Shown: positions 30,805 to 39,994 of the stretch, piece after piece | Layout of the letters: each line of letters starts with the position of its first letter | Numbering within the stretch: position 1 is the first letter of the stretch | NCBI GenBank assembly: GCA_002402995.1 | Contig: DHGX01000004.1 | Coordinates: 155,670-219,669 of the forward strand | DNA length: 64,000 nucleotides | Direction: 5' to 3' | Source: Patescibacteria group bacterium UBA4787 | GTDB lineage: Bacteria; Patescibacteriota; Patescibacteriia; UBA2591; UBA4787 | Position numbers and translations under genes: made by a program | Notes under the pieces: model-generated | What the model saw: the letters and a program-made list of their open reading frames with translations, nothing else | Databases searched by the model: none | Told to the model about the DNA's origin: nothing

Positions 30805-30838
30805 AACCCCAGAAACAATTTCTGGGGTTTTTATTTTT
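30805..30838. terminator. Bidirectional rho-independent terminator
   Basis: CCCCAGAAA-caa-TTTCTGGGG followed by a T-run. Confidence 0.7.
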
Positions 30839-30857
30839 AACAAAATCTAATAATAAT

Positions 30858-33827
30858 CTACAGCTGACGGTATTCACAAATGCTTTTATAGTCGCAAAAT
30901 TGGCAATTCCATCCTGGTTGCGGCGGAAACTCGGCGCCCTTAATTTTACTAATCCAGTCAGCGACTTTCTGCTGCACCTCTTCTAATTCTTTTTCATTGC
31001 CTAAAAATGAAATTTTTTGACCATCACCCAAATAATAAAAAGTTAAACGATTAACCTTTTCCTTAAAAAGCTGGCTGGCGGCTAATTGATAAATTAGAAG
31101 CTGTGTTTTATCTTCGCTGGACAATTTATTATCTTTAGGCGCGCCGGTTTTATAATCAATAAGCTCAATTTCTTGATCCCCGACTAAATCAACCCGATCA
31201 ATTTTTCCCTTTATCAAATCTTCTCCGATTTTAAATTGAAAACCGACCTCTATCCCTAACACTTCCGGCGGATTATTTTTAAAATCTTCGTAAAACTTCT
31301 TTAGAATCTTTTCTCCTTTTTGGCGATATTTTTCTTTGTTTTCTTTATTCTCGTACCAATCGTCAACCCATAATTCTTCATATAATTCAATCAATTTTTC
31401 CAGGGGAGGCAAGTTCTTAGAAGGGTCTTGGGTTTGGACAAAAAGATTATTTTGTTTAATATTCTTATTTTTCAGATATTCATTAACAAAATGATAAAAA
31501 GTTTGGTGAATGGTTTGACCAAAAGACAACGTGCCCTGCCCTAACCGAGGAATACCCAAAATAAAAGCCAGTTTGTATCCCAATGGACAAGTGTTAAAGC
31601 CCGCCAACTGCGTATAACTAAAATGTTTGGGCAAAGTAAATTTATAACTTAATTCGTCTTGGGGCTGATGGTTAAAAATTTTCAAATTTTCCAAAAGATC
31701 TCTGGGTGTGGTTTTTATTTCTTGCAGATTATCCACCAAATTCAGCTCGTATAAAAATTGCGATGGCTTCTTTTTTCTTTGGCCGCCATAATCTTCGGCA
31801 AAAGTAAAATATAATTTGTCTTTTGCTCTGGTCATAGCCACATAAAAAAGCCTGCGCTCTTCTTGAATATGAACATCTCCTTCCGGAATAATTTCTTTCA
31901 TTAAAGCATCCGGTATTTCAATCTGGCTCTGTCTCTCGGGCGTAGGAAAACGCAAATGAACCAAATTAACAATAAATACATTTTTAAATTCCAGGCCCTT
32001 GGCTGCGTGCACGGTCATAATTTTCACGGAATCCGGCCCCTCTTCCGGTTCTACGATTGAACCCTCGTCCCCTATTTCCGCCATTAAATCGATAAATCGA
32101 ATAAAATTTTTAATTGATTTGTCCGTATTGGTTAATTCAAAAGATTCGATTTTTTTGAAAAATTGTTGCAGCCAATTAATATTCTCAATATCTGCCACGA
32201 TATTTTGTTCGACGCGGTCAATTAATAATTTTAAATACCCACTGTCTTCCAAAAACGCGAATATAATTTTGCCAACACTTTGAACGCGAACTAATTGCGA
32301 ATGTTTTTCTATCAACGACAAAAGATTTCTAGATTCATTTAAAGCCGTTGACGAGATGTTATTTATTAATGTGGCTTGTTTTAACGCCTCAAAAATAGAA
32401 ATTGATTTTTTCTTGGCCCAATTAACCAAGAGCACAAGATCTTCATTAGTAATTGTCTTGGCGAAAATCGGAGAAATTAAAACTCGATAAATAGCCGAAC
32501 TCTCATGATAATTATCCAATAATTTCAAATAGCTAACGATGTCTAAAATCAACGGTTTCACAAATAAACCGCTGCGCGCCATAAATTGAGCTGGAATATT
32601 TTTCCAACGCAAAATTTGGTTAAAAATTTCCGCGTGACTGTTAGCGCGCACCAAGATAGCAAAATCGCTCCAAGTTAATTCGTCGTTTTCTGTTTTAAGT
32701 TTTAAAATTTCTTCGGCTACTTTTTCCGCCTCGTCTTCAACGGTAGAACCCTTAATAATATTAATTTCACCTTTACCAAGACGATCCGCGGCCAAAGCTT
32801 TATTGATCGGCTTATTACTATTGGCCAGTTGCGCCTCTAAACGATGGGGGTTATTGAGCTGGATAAAACGATAAGCCAAGTCAAGGATATTCTGGTAAGA
32901 ACGATAATTTCTTATTAAAACCACTTCTTGAGCGTCGGGAAAGTCTTTAGCAAATTGCAAAACATTATTATAAGACGCGCCGCGGAATTTATAGATACTC
33001 TGGTCGTCGTCAGCCACTACCGTTAAATTATTTTTAGGGCTAGCCAATAATTTAATCAGCTCGTATTGAGCCATATTCGTATCCTGAAATTCATCAACAA
33101 GAATATATTTAAATTTACTGCGGTATAATTCTAAAATATTCGGGCGTTCTTTAAACAGTTTAATCGTATAATTAATCAAGTCTCCGAAATCCAAAAAACT
33201 ATTTTCTAACAGTAATTGCTGATAAATATGATAAGTGTTGGCTACTTCATACAACCGCGATCTTTCTTGAGCAAAAGATTCACTGCTCTGTAAATTATCT
33301 TTGTCTAACAAAATATTCTCGGCATATTTTAAATAATCTTTTGGTTCGATCATCTCGTCTTTGGCGCGGGAAAAATGTTTAATTAATCCTGCGACAAATT
33401 TCGTAGGATTTCCCATCGGCCGATAATAATCAAGGTCAAAGCGATGAAAATTATCCAAAATTAAAAGATTTTGTCTGGCTTCGTCTAAAATTTTGAAGTT
33501 TAACGGTAGGCCCAAATCAATCGCGTGATCGCGTAAAACTCTCTCACAAAAAGAGTGAAAGGTGGAAACCCAAAAATCGAAATATCCATAAGGTAAAATC
33601 TTTTGCAAACGCGATTCCATTTCTTCCGCGGCTTTTTCCGTAAAAGTAATAGCTAAAATTTCGTCGGTTTTAGCTTTGTTGCTCAAAACCAACCAAGCAA
33701 AACGCCTGGTAATTACCGTTGTCTTGCCTGTGCCCGCGCCGGCCACAATTAAAAATGGACTGTCTCCGTGCGTAACTGCTTTTATTTGTTCGCCGTTTAG
33801 ATTTGATAAAATTTCGCTTTCTTCCAT
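30858..33827 (-). CDS. UvrD/PcrA-family SF1 helicase fused to a C-terminal Cas4/AddB-like PD-(D/E)xK Fe-S nuclease domain
   Basis: GAGTGKT Walker A, DEFQDT, helicase motifs; C-terminal DYKTG plus C-x2-C-x5-C cluster. Confidence 0.7.
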   Translation of the reverse strand: MEESEILSNLNGEQIKAVTHGDSPFLIVAGAGTGKTTVITRRFAWLVLSNKAKTDEILAITFTEKAAEEMESRLQKILPYGYFDFWVSTFHSFCERVLRDHAIDLGLPLNFKILDEARQNLLILDNFHRFDLDYYRPMGNPTKFVAGLIKHFSRAKDEMIEPKDYLKYAENILLDKDNLQSSESFAQERSRLYEVANTYHIYQQLLLENSFLDFGDLINYTIKLFKERPNILELYRSKFKYILVDEFQDTNMAQYELIKLLASPKNNLTVVADDDQSIYKFRGASYNNVLQFAKDFPDAQEVVLIRNYRSYQNILDLAYRFIQLNNPHRLEAQLANSNKPINKALAADRLGKGEINIIKGSTVEDEAEKVAEEILKLKTENDELTWSDFAILVRANSHAEIFNQILRWKNIPAQFMARSGLFVKPLILDIVSYLKLLDNYHESSAIYRVLISPIFAKTITNEDLVLLVNWAKKKSISIFEALKQATLINNISSTALNESRNLLSLIEKHSQLVRVQSVGKIIFAFLEDSGYLKLLIDRVEQNIVADIENINWLQQFFKKIESFELTNTDKSIKNFIRFIDLMAEIGDEGSIVEPEEGPDSVKIMTVHAAKGLEFKNVFIVNLVHLRFPTPERQSQIEIPDALMKEIIPEGDVHIQEERRLFYVAMTRAKDKLYFTFAEDYGGQRKKKPSQFLYELNLVDNLQEIKTTPRDLLENLKIFNHQPQDELSYKFTLPKHFSYTQLAGFNTCPLGYKLAFILGIPRLGQGTLSFGQTIHQTFYHFVNEYLKNKNIKQNNLFVQTQDPSKNLPPLEKLIELYEELWVDDWYENKENKEKYRQKGEKILKKFYEDFKNNPPEVLGIEVGFQFKIGEDLIKGKIDRVDLVGDQEIELIDYKTGAPKDNKLSSEDKTQLLIYQLAASQLFKEKVNRLTFYYLGDGQKISFLGNEKELEEVQQKVADWISKIKGAEFPPQPGWNCQFCDYKSICEYRQL

Positions 33828-33909
33828 AGCAGAAATAAGTTTACTGATATTTAGAAAAAATTCAAATATTTAATTTGGAAATGGCCTATCTCTCGTTATC
33901 AATCACCCC

Positions 33910-33938
33910 TTGACAAAAATAAATATTTTTGTTATATT
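33910..33938 (+). promoter_or_regulatory. Sigma70-like promoter (TTGACA-17-TATATT) for the Cys-rich ORF
   Basis: Perfect -35, 17-nt spacer, -10 TATATT, about 55 nt upstream of the SD. Confidence 0.5.
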
Positions 33939-33993
33939 ATATAATGCTTAATATCAAATATTGAACCTAAAAAAACAAAAGGAGGAAGGGACT

Positions 33994-34422
33994 ATGTGTG
34001 GACGTTGTGGCGGACGCAAGAGAACCTCGAGTTGTGGCGGTTGTGATGGGTGCGGTGCTTCATCCAAGAAGTTCGGATGCGAGATATTCAACCACGACAC
34101 CGGCGCGTCGATCGCGACCGGCAAGATCAAGACGATCAACGAACAAACGGGTTTTCTGGTGATAGTTATCGCCAAGGCCGACTTGAAAGCCGTTATGAAA
34201 GAGCTCAAAAAGGCTTTCAATAAAGCCAAGGACGCGGACAACGAGTTCACATACGGCGCGGCGAAAGAAACGCACCGACCCAGATGCGGCGGATGTTCGC
34301 GAATCTCGCGTCTGGAGAAAATGATCTGGGTGAAGCTGATCAAAGAGCAACCCGTGGAGTTCGAGAAAATTCTCCCCATCGCGATCCGAGCCGTGATCAA
34401 CGACGACGAAAAATCCTTCTAA
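33994..34422 (+). CDS. Cys-rich small protein (142 aa; N-terminal CxxC/CGGC cluster and a second RCGGC), GC-rich
   Basis: Strong SD AAAGGAGGAAGGG; ~55% GC versus ~33% background; own promoter and terminator. The antisense ORFs in the track are low-stop artefacts of the GC-rich DNA. Confidence 0.6.
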   Translation: MCGRCGGRKRTSSCGGCDGCGASSKKFGCEIFNHDTGASIATGKIKTINEQTGFLVIVIAKADLKAVMKELKKAFNKAKDADNEFTYGAAKETHRPRCGGCSRISRLEKMIWVKLIKEQPVEFEKILPIAIRAVINDDEKSF

Positions 34423-34430
34423 AATTTCAA

Positions 34431-34462
34431 AAGGAGCGAGTAATTCGCTCCTTTTTTATTTT
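34431..34462 (+). terminator. Rho-independent terminator
   Basis: GGAGCGA-gtaat-TCGCTCC plus TTTTTTATTTTTTT. Confidence 0.7.
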
Positions 34463-34560
34463 TTTAATTGAACCATCTATCAGACAATTTCACAAAGAGA
34501 CAATCCGTCTAAAAATGGGTATTTGACACAACAGCGTTTATATTCAATTAACCATGCCTC

Positions 34561-35148
34561 TTATACATAAAACCCTTCCTTGTGTTCTTTCATAAGTTGC
34601 TTATAGAATTCTTCAATTTTTTGATTAAACCATTTACGCCCTTCCTTGTGTTCTACTTCCACATCTTTTTCAATCTGATGGTAGGTGTCTATAGAACTCT
34701 TTCCTAATATCTCTTGATAAAAAATAAACCCTTCTTTCGTAAGAACCCATAACATATCAAAATTATTAAAGAGTCTCAAAACTGGCTCATCTGCATAATT
34801 ATCTCCAAAAGCCCAATTATCATGTTTCGAGACTAATCTTTTGATTTCCGCAATTTTGTTTTTCGGGTACTTTAGTCCTTCAAGAATTTCACTTGCGATC
34901 TTCGCGCCCTCTTCCATATGCAATTTACGCGTATCTAAATTCATAGGATTTGATCCTTTTGAAACCTTTGAATAACCAATATCATGGAGAATAACTACTG
35001 GAATTAATATGTCAAAATCAATTTCATATTTATCAGCAAATTTCGGCACTATTTTATATAGCCATTTAATATGTTCAACGTCTCCTTCTCTTCCTTTTTC
35101 ATATAACGGAAGGGCTTTCTCTAAGATTTGTTTGTATATTTCCTTCAT
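34561..35148 (-). CDS. HD-domain phosphohydrolase
   Basis: VILHDIGY H..HD...D motif pattern. Confidence 0.55.
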   Translation of the reverse strand: MKEIYKQILEKALPLYEKGREGDVEHIKWLYKIVPKFADKYEIDFDILIPVVILHDIGYSKVSKGSNPMNLDTRKLHMEEGAKIASEILEGLKYPKNKIAEIKRLVSKHDNWAFGDNYADEPVLRLFNNFDMLWVLTKEGFIFYQEILGKSSIDTYHQIEKDVEVEHKEGRKWFNQKIEEFYKQLMKEHKEGFYV

Positions 35149-35195
35149 AATAAATTAATTAAGGGGTTAACTGTGGATAAATCAATAAAAACAAT

Positions 35196-35978
35196 TTAAA
35201 TATTAAACAATTTTTTAGTGTTTTGCGTCGTTATCCTGTCGACTTCTTCCATGTTTATATTTTTAATATTTGCCAAGTGTTCGGCTATATGTTTCACAAA
35301 AGCCGGTTCGTTTCTTTGTCCCCTAACCGATTGTGGCGCTAAAAACGGACAATCAGTTTCAATTAATACGTTATCTAGTGGAATATTTTTTAATAAATCA
35401 ACATGGCGATAATTAGGAAAAGTGATAATACCGGTTAAACCGATACAAAAACCCAATTCAATAAATTCTTTCGCCAATCGCCAGTCTCCGGAAAAACAAT
35501 GAAACACGCCACGTTTTACATTTTCTTTTTTAAGAATCTGTAGCATTTGTTCGTACGGCGAGTTCTGCTCTTTTTGATTGGCGCGGCAATGAAGAACTAA
35601 CGGCAGATTAAACTTTTTTGCTAATTCAATTTGGGCTATAAAAATCTCTTGCTGTAATTTTTGCGCGGCAAAATCATTTGGTTTAATTCTAAAATAATCT
35701 AAACCACACTCGCCCACGGCTACAACCTTGGGCTGTCCAATCAAATCTTCCAACAACCTTGAATTAAATTTCTCTTCATTTAAAGACTCTGGATGAAAAC
35801 CGACTGTTGCGAATAAACCTTCATAATCTTGAGCCATATTAATGGCTATTTGGCTACTTTTATAATCTGCTCCTATATTAATTATAAAATCTACGCCATT
35901 TTGTTTGGCGCGCTCTAAAACTTCCGTTAAATCTTTTTGAAAGTTTGGAAAATTAAGATGAGCGTGCGAATCAATCAT
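35196..35978 (-). CDS. tatD: TatD-family metal-dependent hydrolase
   Basis: MIDSHAHLNF; EIGLD-like, HCFSG motifs. Confidence 0.8.
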   Translation of the reverse strand: MIDSHAHLNFPNFQKDLTEVLERAKQNGVDFIINIGADYKSSQIAINMAQDYEGLFATVGFHPESLNEEKFNSRLLEDLIGQPKVVAVGECGLDYFRIKPNDFAAQKLQQEIFIAQIELAKKFNLPLVLHCRANQKEQNSPYEQMLQILKKENVKRGVFHCFSGDWRLAKEFIELGFCIGLTGIITFPNYRHVDLLKNIPLDNVLIETDCPFLAPQSVRGQRNEPAFVKHIAEHLANIKNINMEEVDRITTQNTKKLFNI

Positions 35979-36158
35979 AAAATTTCTTTTTTCGAAAAAT
36001 CTTTAATATTAATTAAATCATTTTCTTAAAAATAAGTAAACAAATTAAATATAACTGATGAGTGAGGAGAAAAATAAAAGCTTGCTTTTGGATTTTCTCC
36101 GAACAAACCAATTTCACACGCGAAGCAAATATAATTAATTGATTGTCAAATTAAAAAA

Positions 36159-36190
36159 GAGGGCTGTTTGTTTTTAAACAGCCCTCTTAT
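36159..36190. terminator. Bidirectional terminator bounding the GC-rich island
   Basis: AGAGGGCTGTTT / AAACAGCCCTCT stem flanked by A- and T-runs. Confidence 0.6.
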
Positions 36191-36191
36191 A

Positions 36192-38099
36192 TTAGAAAAT
36201 GCCTAGAAACTTATGTCTTTTCTTCTGTTTAACTGGGGAAAGTATGTCCGTTGCTGCTGGCTTCGCCGTTATGATTTTCAACCTCAGCAATGATACTTGA
36301 GCGTCAACAGGCAGGTTGTAGCTCAGAATTCCAGCCGGCAGAATGATCCGCTTAACAATCACCAGCGGATAGCGCTTAACAACATTCTTCTGGGGTACAG
36401 ATACCCAGGTGTTATCAACGATCTTCTCCGTCATCGGGGTTGTTGCGCCAGAATCTGAGTCCGGTGGCGGCAAACGGTACTCAACGTGCAGAAAGAGTTT
36501 TGTGTTAGACTGCGTATTTAAGTAACCGATTATTTTATCCGCTACCTTCAACTCGTCGTCGGTCAGAGCCGGCAGTTTAACGCCGTTACAAATAGTGATT
36601 TCTGCTTCGTCCACTGCGTCTTTGGGCACGACAAAGGGTATGACCAAACGATAACCGTATTCGGTGGTATCGTTGTCGGTGCTACCGGCCAAATAAACAC
36701 GGACAGTATCACCCGGCAAGGCCTCATCGCGATCGAGTTCCGCGCGCTTAATCACGAAATTGTCCTGTTTCGGCTGGAATAAAACGCTAATACGAACGGA
36801 TTTGATCTTGTGAATAGTGATTGCCTCTGCCGACAAAGAAGCTAGGCAATCAGCCAATGGACCCAAAACATAACCGCGCACGATTTTTGAAAAAGGATCT
36901 CCTTCAAAATTCATACTGTTGATGATGAAAATCGGATCCATGCCGTCGACGAAAATTTCCGTAATAATTTTGACATTACCATTGAAAACTTCGTTGCCCG
37001 GCCCCACTTCGTAGTAACCGTCGCTGATGGCATAAGCAGAAATGTACTGAACCAGATCAGCAGTCATACCGTTGATGTAAGCTACCCGACAATTGATGGT
37101 TCTGTGTTTTGCTTCGCCTGACAGATTGATGGTAATCGGTAACATTGGCGCTGCACGACCCATCTCTCCGGCAATACAAGAGTAGCAATCAGCAGTAATG
37201 ATACCGCGTTCCGTGCCAACATCACCACCCGTATACTTGTAGGTCGTGTAATAGTTGGCCAACGTTGTCAATATCCGAGCCGGCGCAACGTCAATAGCAG
37301 AAGGTCCTGTTTTCAAGAAAGGATGGCCGAAAGCCAAAAAAAATCCTCGCCGATCTATAGCGGTGATAGTGCCGGTGGCCATCATTCTGATATCACCGTC
37401 AATCAGATAGGCGTTGATCGCGCTACCGGGCTCCAATGTAACAGTCAGACCCTCGTCGCCATAGAAATACCCCTTCCCCGTTCCGCTAGTTGAAGGCACC
37501 ATCACAAAACCATTGACCTGAAACTTTTCAAAGAAAAAAGTATTCAAGTTTTCTGGTATATTGCGATTAGATGGCACTGACAGAACTAGGGGTGTAAGGT
37601 TTAAAGAGTATTTAGCCTTGGCACTGGGAACAGTTTTCCCCAAAAGACGGCTATTTAGGACAGCATTACTGGCATTAATCATCTCCTCAATCGGTGTAAC
37701 GCCGAAAATAGGATCCTTATCAAAAGCCCCGCCGTAAGACAACGCGCCGATCAAGCGGCCGTTGATGTACATTGGACTTCCGCTCATGCCAGCTGCCACA
37801 CCGGTATGCGAAATGGGATAATCTTTAGGACCGCCGAAAGCGCGACAGACAATTATCGGCATATCGCTCGCGCCTGCCCAAACGGTTGAGAATCCGAGCA
37901 CTTCGAATCCGAACTCCTCCGGCTTTATGCCATGGAACACCGTTTTGCCGTAACCCCTCATACCGGGCCGAATCTCGGAAAGTGGCATAATATTGCCGTA
38001 AGACGAGTTGTCAGATTTAATCGGTTTCGCGGCTTCGCTGTTTACAAATAAACAGAAAACCGCCATCAGCACGCACAACGCTGTCAAAATTCGTTTCAT
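36192..38099 (-). CDS. Secreted 635-aa protein with N-terminal SpoIVB/S55-like (PA-clan) serine peptidase motif
   Basis: Signal peptide; HTGVAAGMSGSPMYINGRLIGAL closely resembles the SpoIVB catalytic-Ser region; strong SD AAAGGAGG; ~52% GC. Confidence 0.55.
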   Translation of the reverse strand: MKRILTALCVLMAVFCLFVNSEAAKPIKSDNSSYGNIMPLSEIRPGMRGYGKTVFHGIKPEEFGFEVLGFSTVWAGASDMPIIVCRAFGGPKDYPISHTGVAAGMSGSPMYINGRLIGALSYGGAFDKDPIFGVTPIEEMINASNAVLNSRLLGKTVPSAKAKYSLNLTPLVLSVPSNRNIPENLNTFFFEKFQVNGFVMVPSTSGTGKGYFYGDEGLTVTLEPGSAINAYLIDGDIRMMATGTITAIDRRGFFLAFGHPFLKTGPSAIDVAPARILTTLANYYTTYKYTGGDVGTERGIITADCYSCIAGEMGRAAPMLPITINLSGEAKHRTINCRVAYINGMTADLVQYISAYAISDGYYEVGPGNEVFNGNVKIITEIFVDGMDPIFIINSMNFEGDPFSKIVRGYVLGPLADCLASLSAEAITIHKIKSVRISVLFQPKQDNFVIKRAELDRDEALPGDTVRVYLAGSTDNDTTEYGYRLVIPFVVPKDAVDEAEITICNGVKLPALTDDELKVADKIIGYLNTQSNTKLFLHVEYRLPPPDSDSGATTPMTEKIVDNTWVSVPQKNVVKRYPLVIVKRIILPAGILSYNLPVDAQVSLLRLKIITAKPAATDILSPVKQKKRHKFLGIF

Positions 38100-38227
38100 T
38101 GGAAGGACCTCCTTTCAGTTTGTAGCTCTGTTTTTTGGTTAATGATTTAATTTTCTAAGAACTAAGTTATTATTATTTTGACAAAAACAACAATCTTAGC
38201 AAGTGCACAAATATTTCGATAAAATAA

Positions 38228-38262
38228 AAAACTCCTCTTATTTTTAAGAGGAGTTTTTAACA
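38228..38262 (-). terminator. Rho-independent terminator after the ClpP-like gene
   Basis: AACTCCTCTTA-tttt-TAAGAGGAGTT with flanking T/A runs. Confidence 0.65.
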
Positions 38263-38266
38263 ATTT

Positions 38267-38908
38267 TCATTTCTTTCTCCACAAAAGAACATGATCGATT
38301 AATCCGTAATTGACCGCTTCATCGGATGTTAAATAGAAATCGACGAATAAATCCCGACGCAGCTCTTCAACGCTCTTGTCAGTATTGTCGCTCAAAAGAT
38401 TGAACCCGCGATTTTCCAAGCCTACCAAAATATAAAAGGCTTGTCGGAGATCTTCGCTTCGCCAAACATCGCCGCTAGTCCACAAAGCTGGGCGATGAAT
38501 CATAATAATAGCTAACGGCATAGCGAATCTGTAGCCCACACTACCACTAGAGAGTATGAAAGCCGCCCCGGAACAAGCTTCGCCGAGAACTACGGTTTTC
38601 ACCGGCTTCTGACATCGCTTTATACGATCGCAAATAGCAAAACTCCCGATAGCCGATCCGCCGGGCGAATTGATTAAAATATCGATTCGCTTCACGGTCA
38701 TATCCCGATCCAACACTTCGAGTTTAGACAAAATCTGCTCGGCGCTTGCATTCGTAATCTCGCCAAAGATCAAAATGGTGTTCGAAATAAACGGTAATTC
38801 ATTTTTTATCTTATAGCGATCGATGCTATGAGTTACGAAAACCGCTAAAGCGACAACCAGTAAAACCACGACCAGCACGGAAAACTTGTGACCAGTCGAC
38901 CGATCCAT
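38267..38908 (-). CDS. Membrane-anchored ClpP-fold serine protease (ClpP/NfeD/SppA class)
   Basis: N-terminal TM; INSPGGS, GEACSGAAF (catalytic Ser), MIHRP (His), NYGLID motifs; ~52% GC. Confidence 0.65.
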   Translation of the reverse strand: MDRSTGHKFSVLVVVLLVVALAVFVTHSIDRYKIKNELPFISNTILIFGEITNASAEQILSKLEVLDRDMTVKRIDILINSPGGSAIGSFAICDRIKRCQKPVKTVVLGEACSGAAFILSSGSVGYRFAMPLAIIMIHRPALWTSGDVWRSEDLRQAFYILVGLENRGFNLLSDNTDKSVEELRRDLFVDFYLTSDEAVNYGLIDHVLLWRKK

Positions 38909-39050
38909 GACAAATCCCTCCTTTCTTTTTAAAGAACTGAATTATCTAATTGATTTATTACCTTTTATTCTAATAAACCCGTAAAATTTAACAAGTGAAG
39001 AACTTCTGATTGTTAGATGGCTATTGTTATTTAGGTTAATTAGGTTAAAA

Positions 39051-39164
39051 TATTTATAATTGGTGAGCGGAGGAACAGATAAAAAGAATTTTTATCTGAT
39101 TCCGGACTTGCCCCGTCCGGTGGCGGGGGTGAGCCAATCTCACAAGCGAAGCGAGTATAATAAG
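39051..39164 (+). repeat. Repeat family B copy 1 (TATAAT - three-hairpin core - TATAAT), immediately upstream of folD
   Basis: About 85% identical to 58722-58820; predicted hairpins at 39072-39103, 39111-39128 and 39129-39143. Confidence 0.6.
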
Positions 39165-39184
39165 CCCATATTCAATAGAAACAT

Positions 39185-39994
39185 ATGATCATCGACGGAA
39201 AAAAAATAGCCCAAAAAATAAAAAATCAAATTAGGCGACAACTGAAAAACAAAAGAGCGCGACCTGGTTTGGCTGTGATTTTAATTGGCGATAATCACGC
39301 TTCTTTGAGCTATATTAAACAAAAAAAAATAGCCGCTAAATATTGTTTTATTAATTTTAAACTATTCCATTTTAATAATACTGCTCCCGAAAGATTAATC
39401 CTTAAAACAATCGCTAATCTCAACAAAAATAAAAAAATAAACGGCATTATTGTCCAATTGCCTTTGCCCAAAAGATTTAATACTCAAAAAATTATTGACG
39501 CCATTGATCCCGAAAAAGACGTTGACGGTTTTCGGTTGAAAAGCCAATTTTCTTCTCCAACCCATCAAGCTATTATTAAAGCCGTAAAATCAACCTGCGA
39601 AAATTTAAACAATAAAATAATCGCCCTTGTAGGCAAAAAATCGATTTTCACGATAGGATTAGAGAAAAGATTAATAAAATTGTTTCCAAAAAGTAAAATT
39701 AAGTCTTATTTTTTCAAATATGATCCGTTGGTAAAAATTAAAAAAGGAACAAAAATAGCCGATGCTGTTATTGTCGCCTTAGGTAAAGCCGAATGGCTTA
39801 AATCTAATATGATCAAAAAGGGTGTAATTATTATTGACGTAGGTTTTAATAAAAAAAACACCACTATAATCGGTGATGTTTCCAAAAATATTTATCCGAA
39901 AACCAAATATTATACACCCGTGCCTGGCGGTATCGGTCCCATGACTGTCGCCTATCTTATAAACAACGTATTGAAATCTTTTAAACGCAGCTAA
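39185..39994 (+). CDS. folD: Bifunctional methylene-THF dehydrogenase/cyclohydrolase
   Basis: MIIDGKKIAQKIK N-terminus; FolD layout. Confidence 0.75.
   Translation: MIIDGKKIAQKIKNQIRRQLKNKRARPGLAVILIGDNHASLSYIKQKKIAAKYCFINFKLFHFNNTAPERLILKTIANLNKNKKINGIIVQLPLPKRFNTQKIIDAIDPEKDVDGFRLKSQFSSPTHQAIIKAVKSTCENLNNKIIALVGKKSIFTIGLEKRLIKLFPKSKIKSYFFKYDPLVKIKKGTKIADAVIVALGKAEWLKSNMIKKGVIIIDVGFNKKNTTIIGDVSKNIYPKTKYYTPVPGGIGPMTVAYLINNVLKSFKRS

Noticed and set aside
33954-34400. 148-aa and 96-aa minus-strand ORFs opposite the Cys-rich gene
   Set aside because: They are long antisense frames typical of GC-rich DNA. The plus strand has the promoter, strong SD and terminator.
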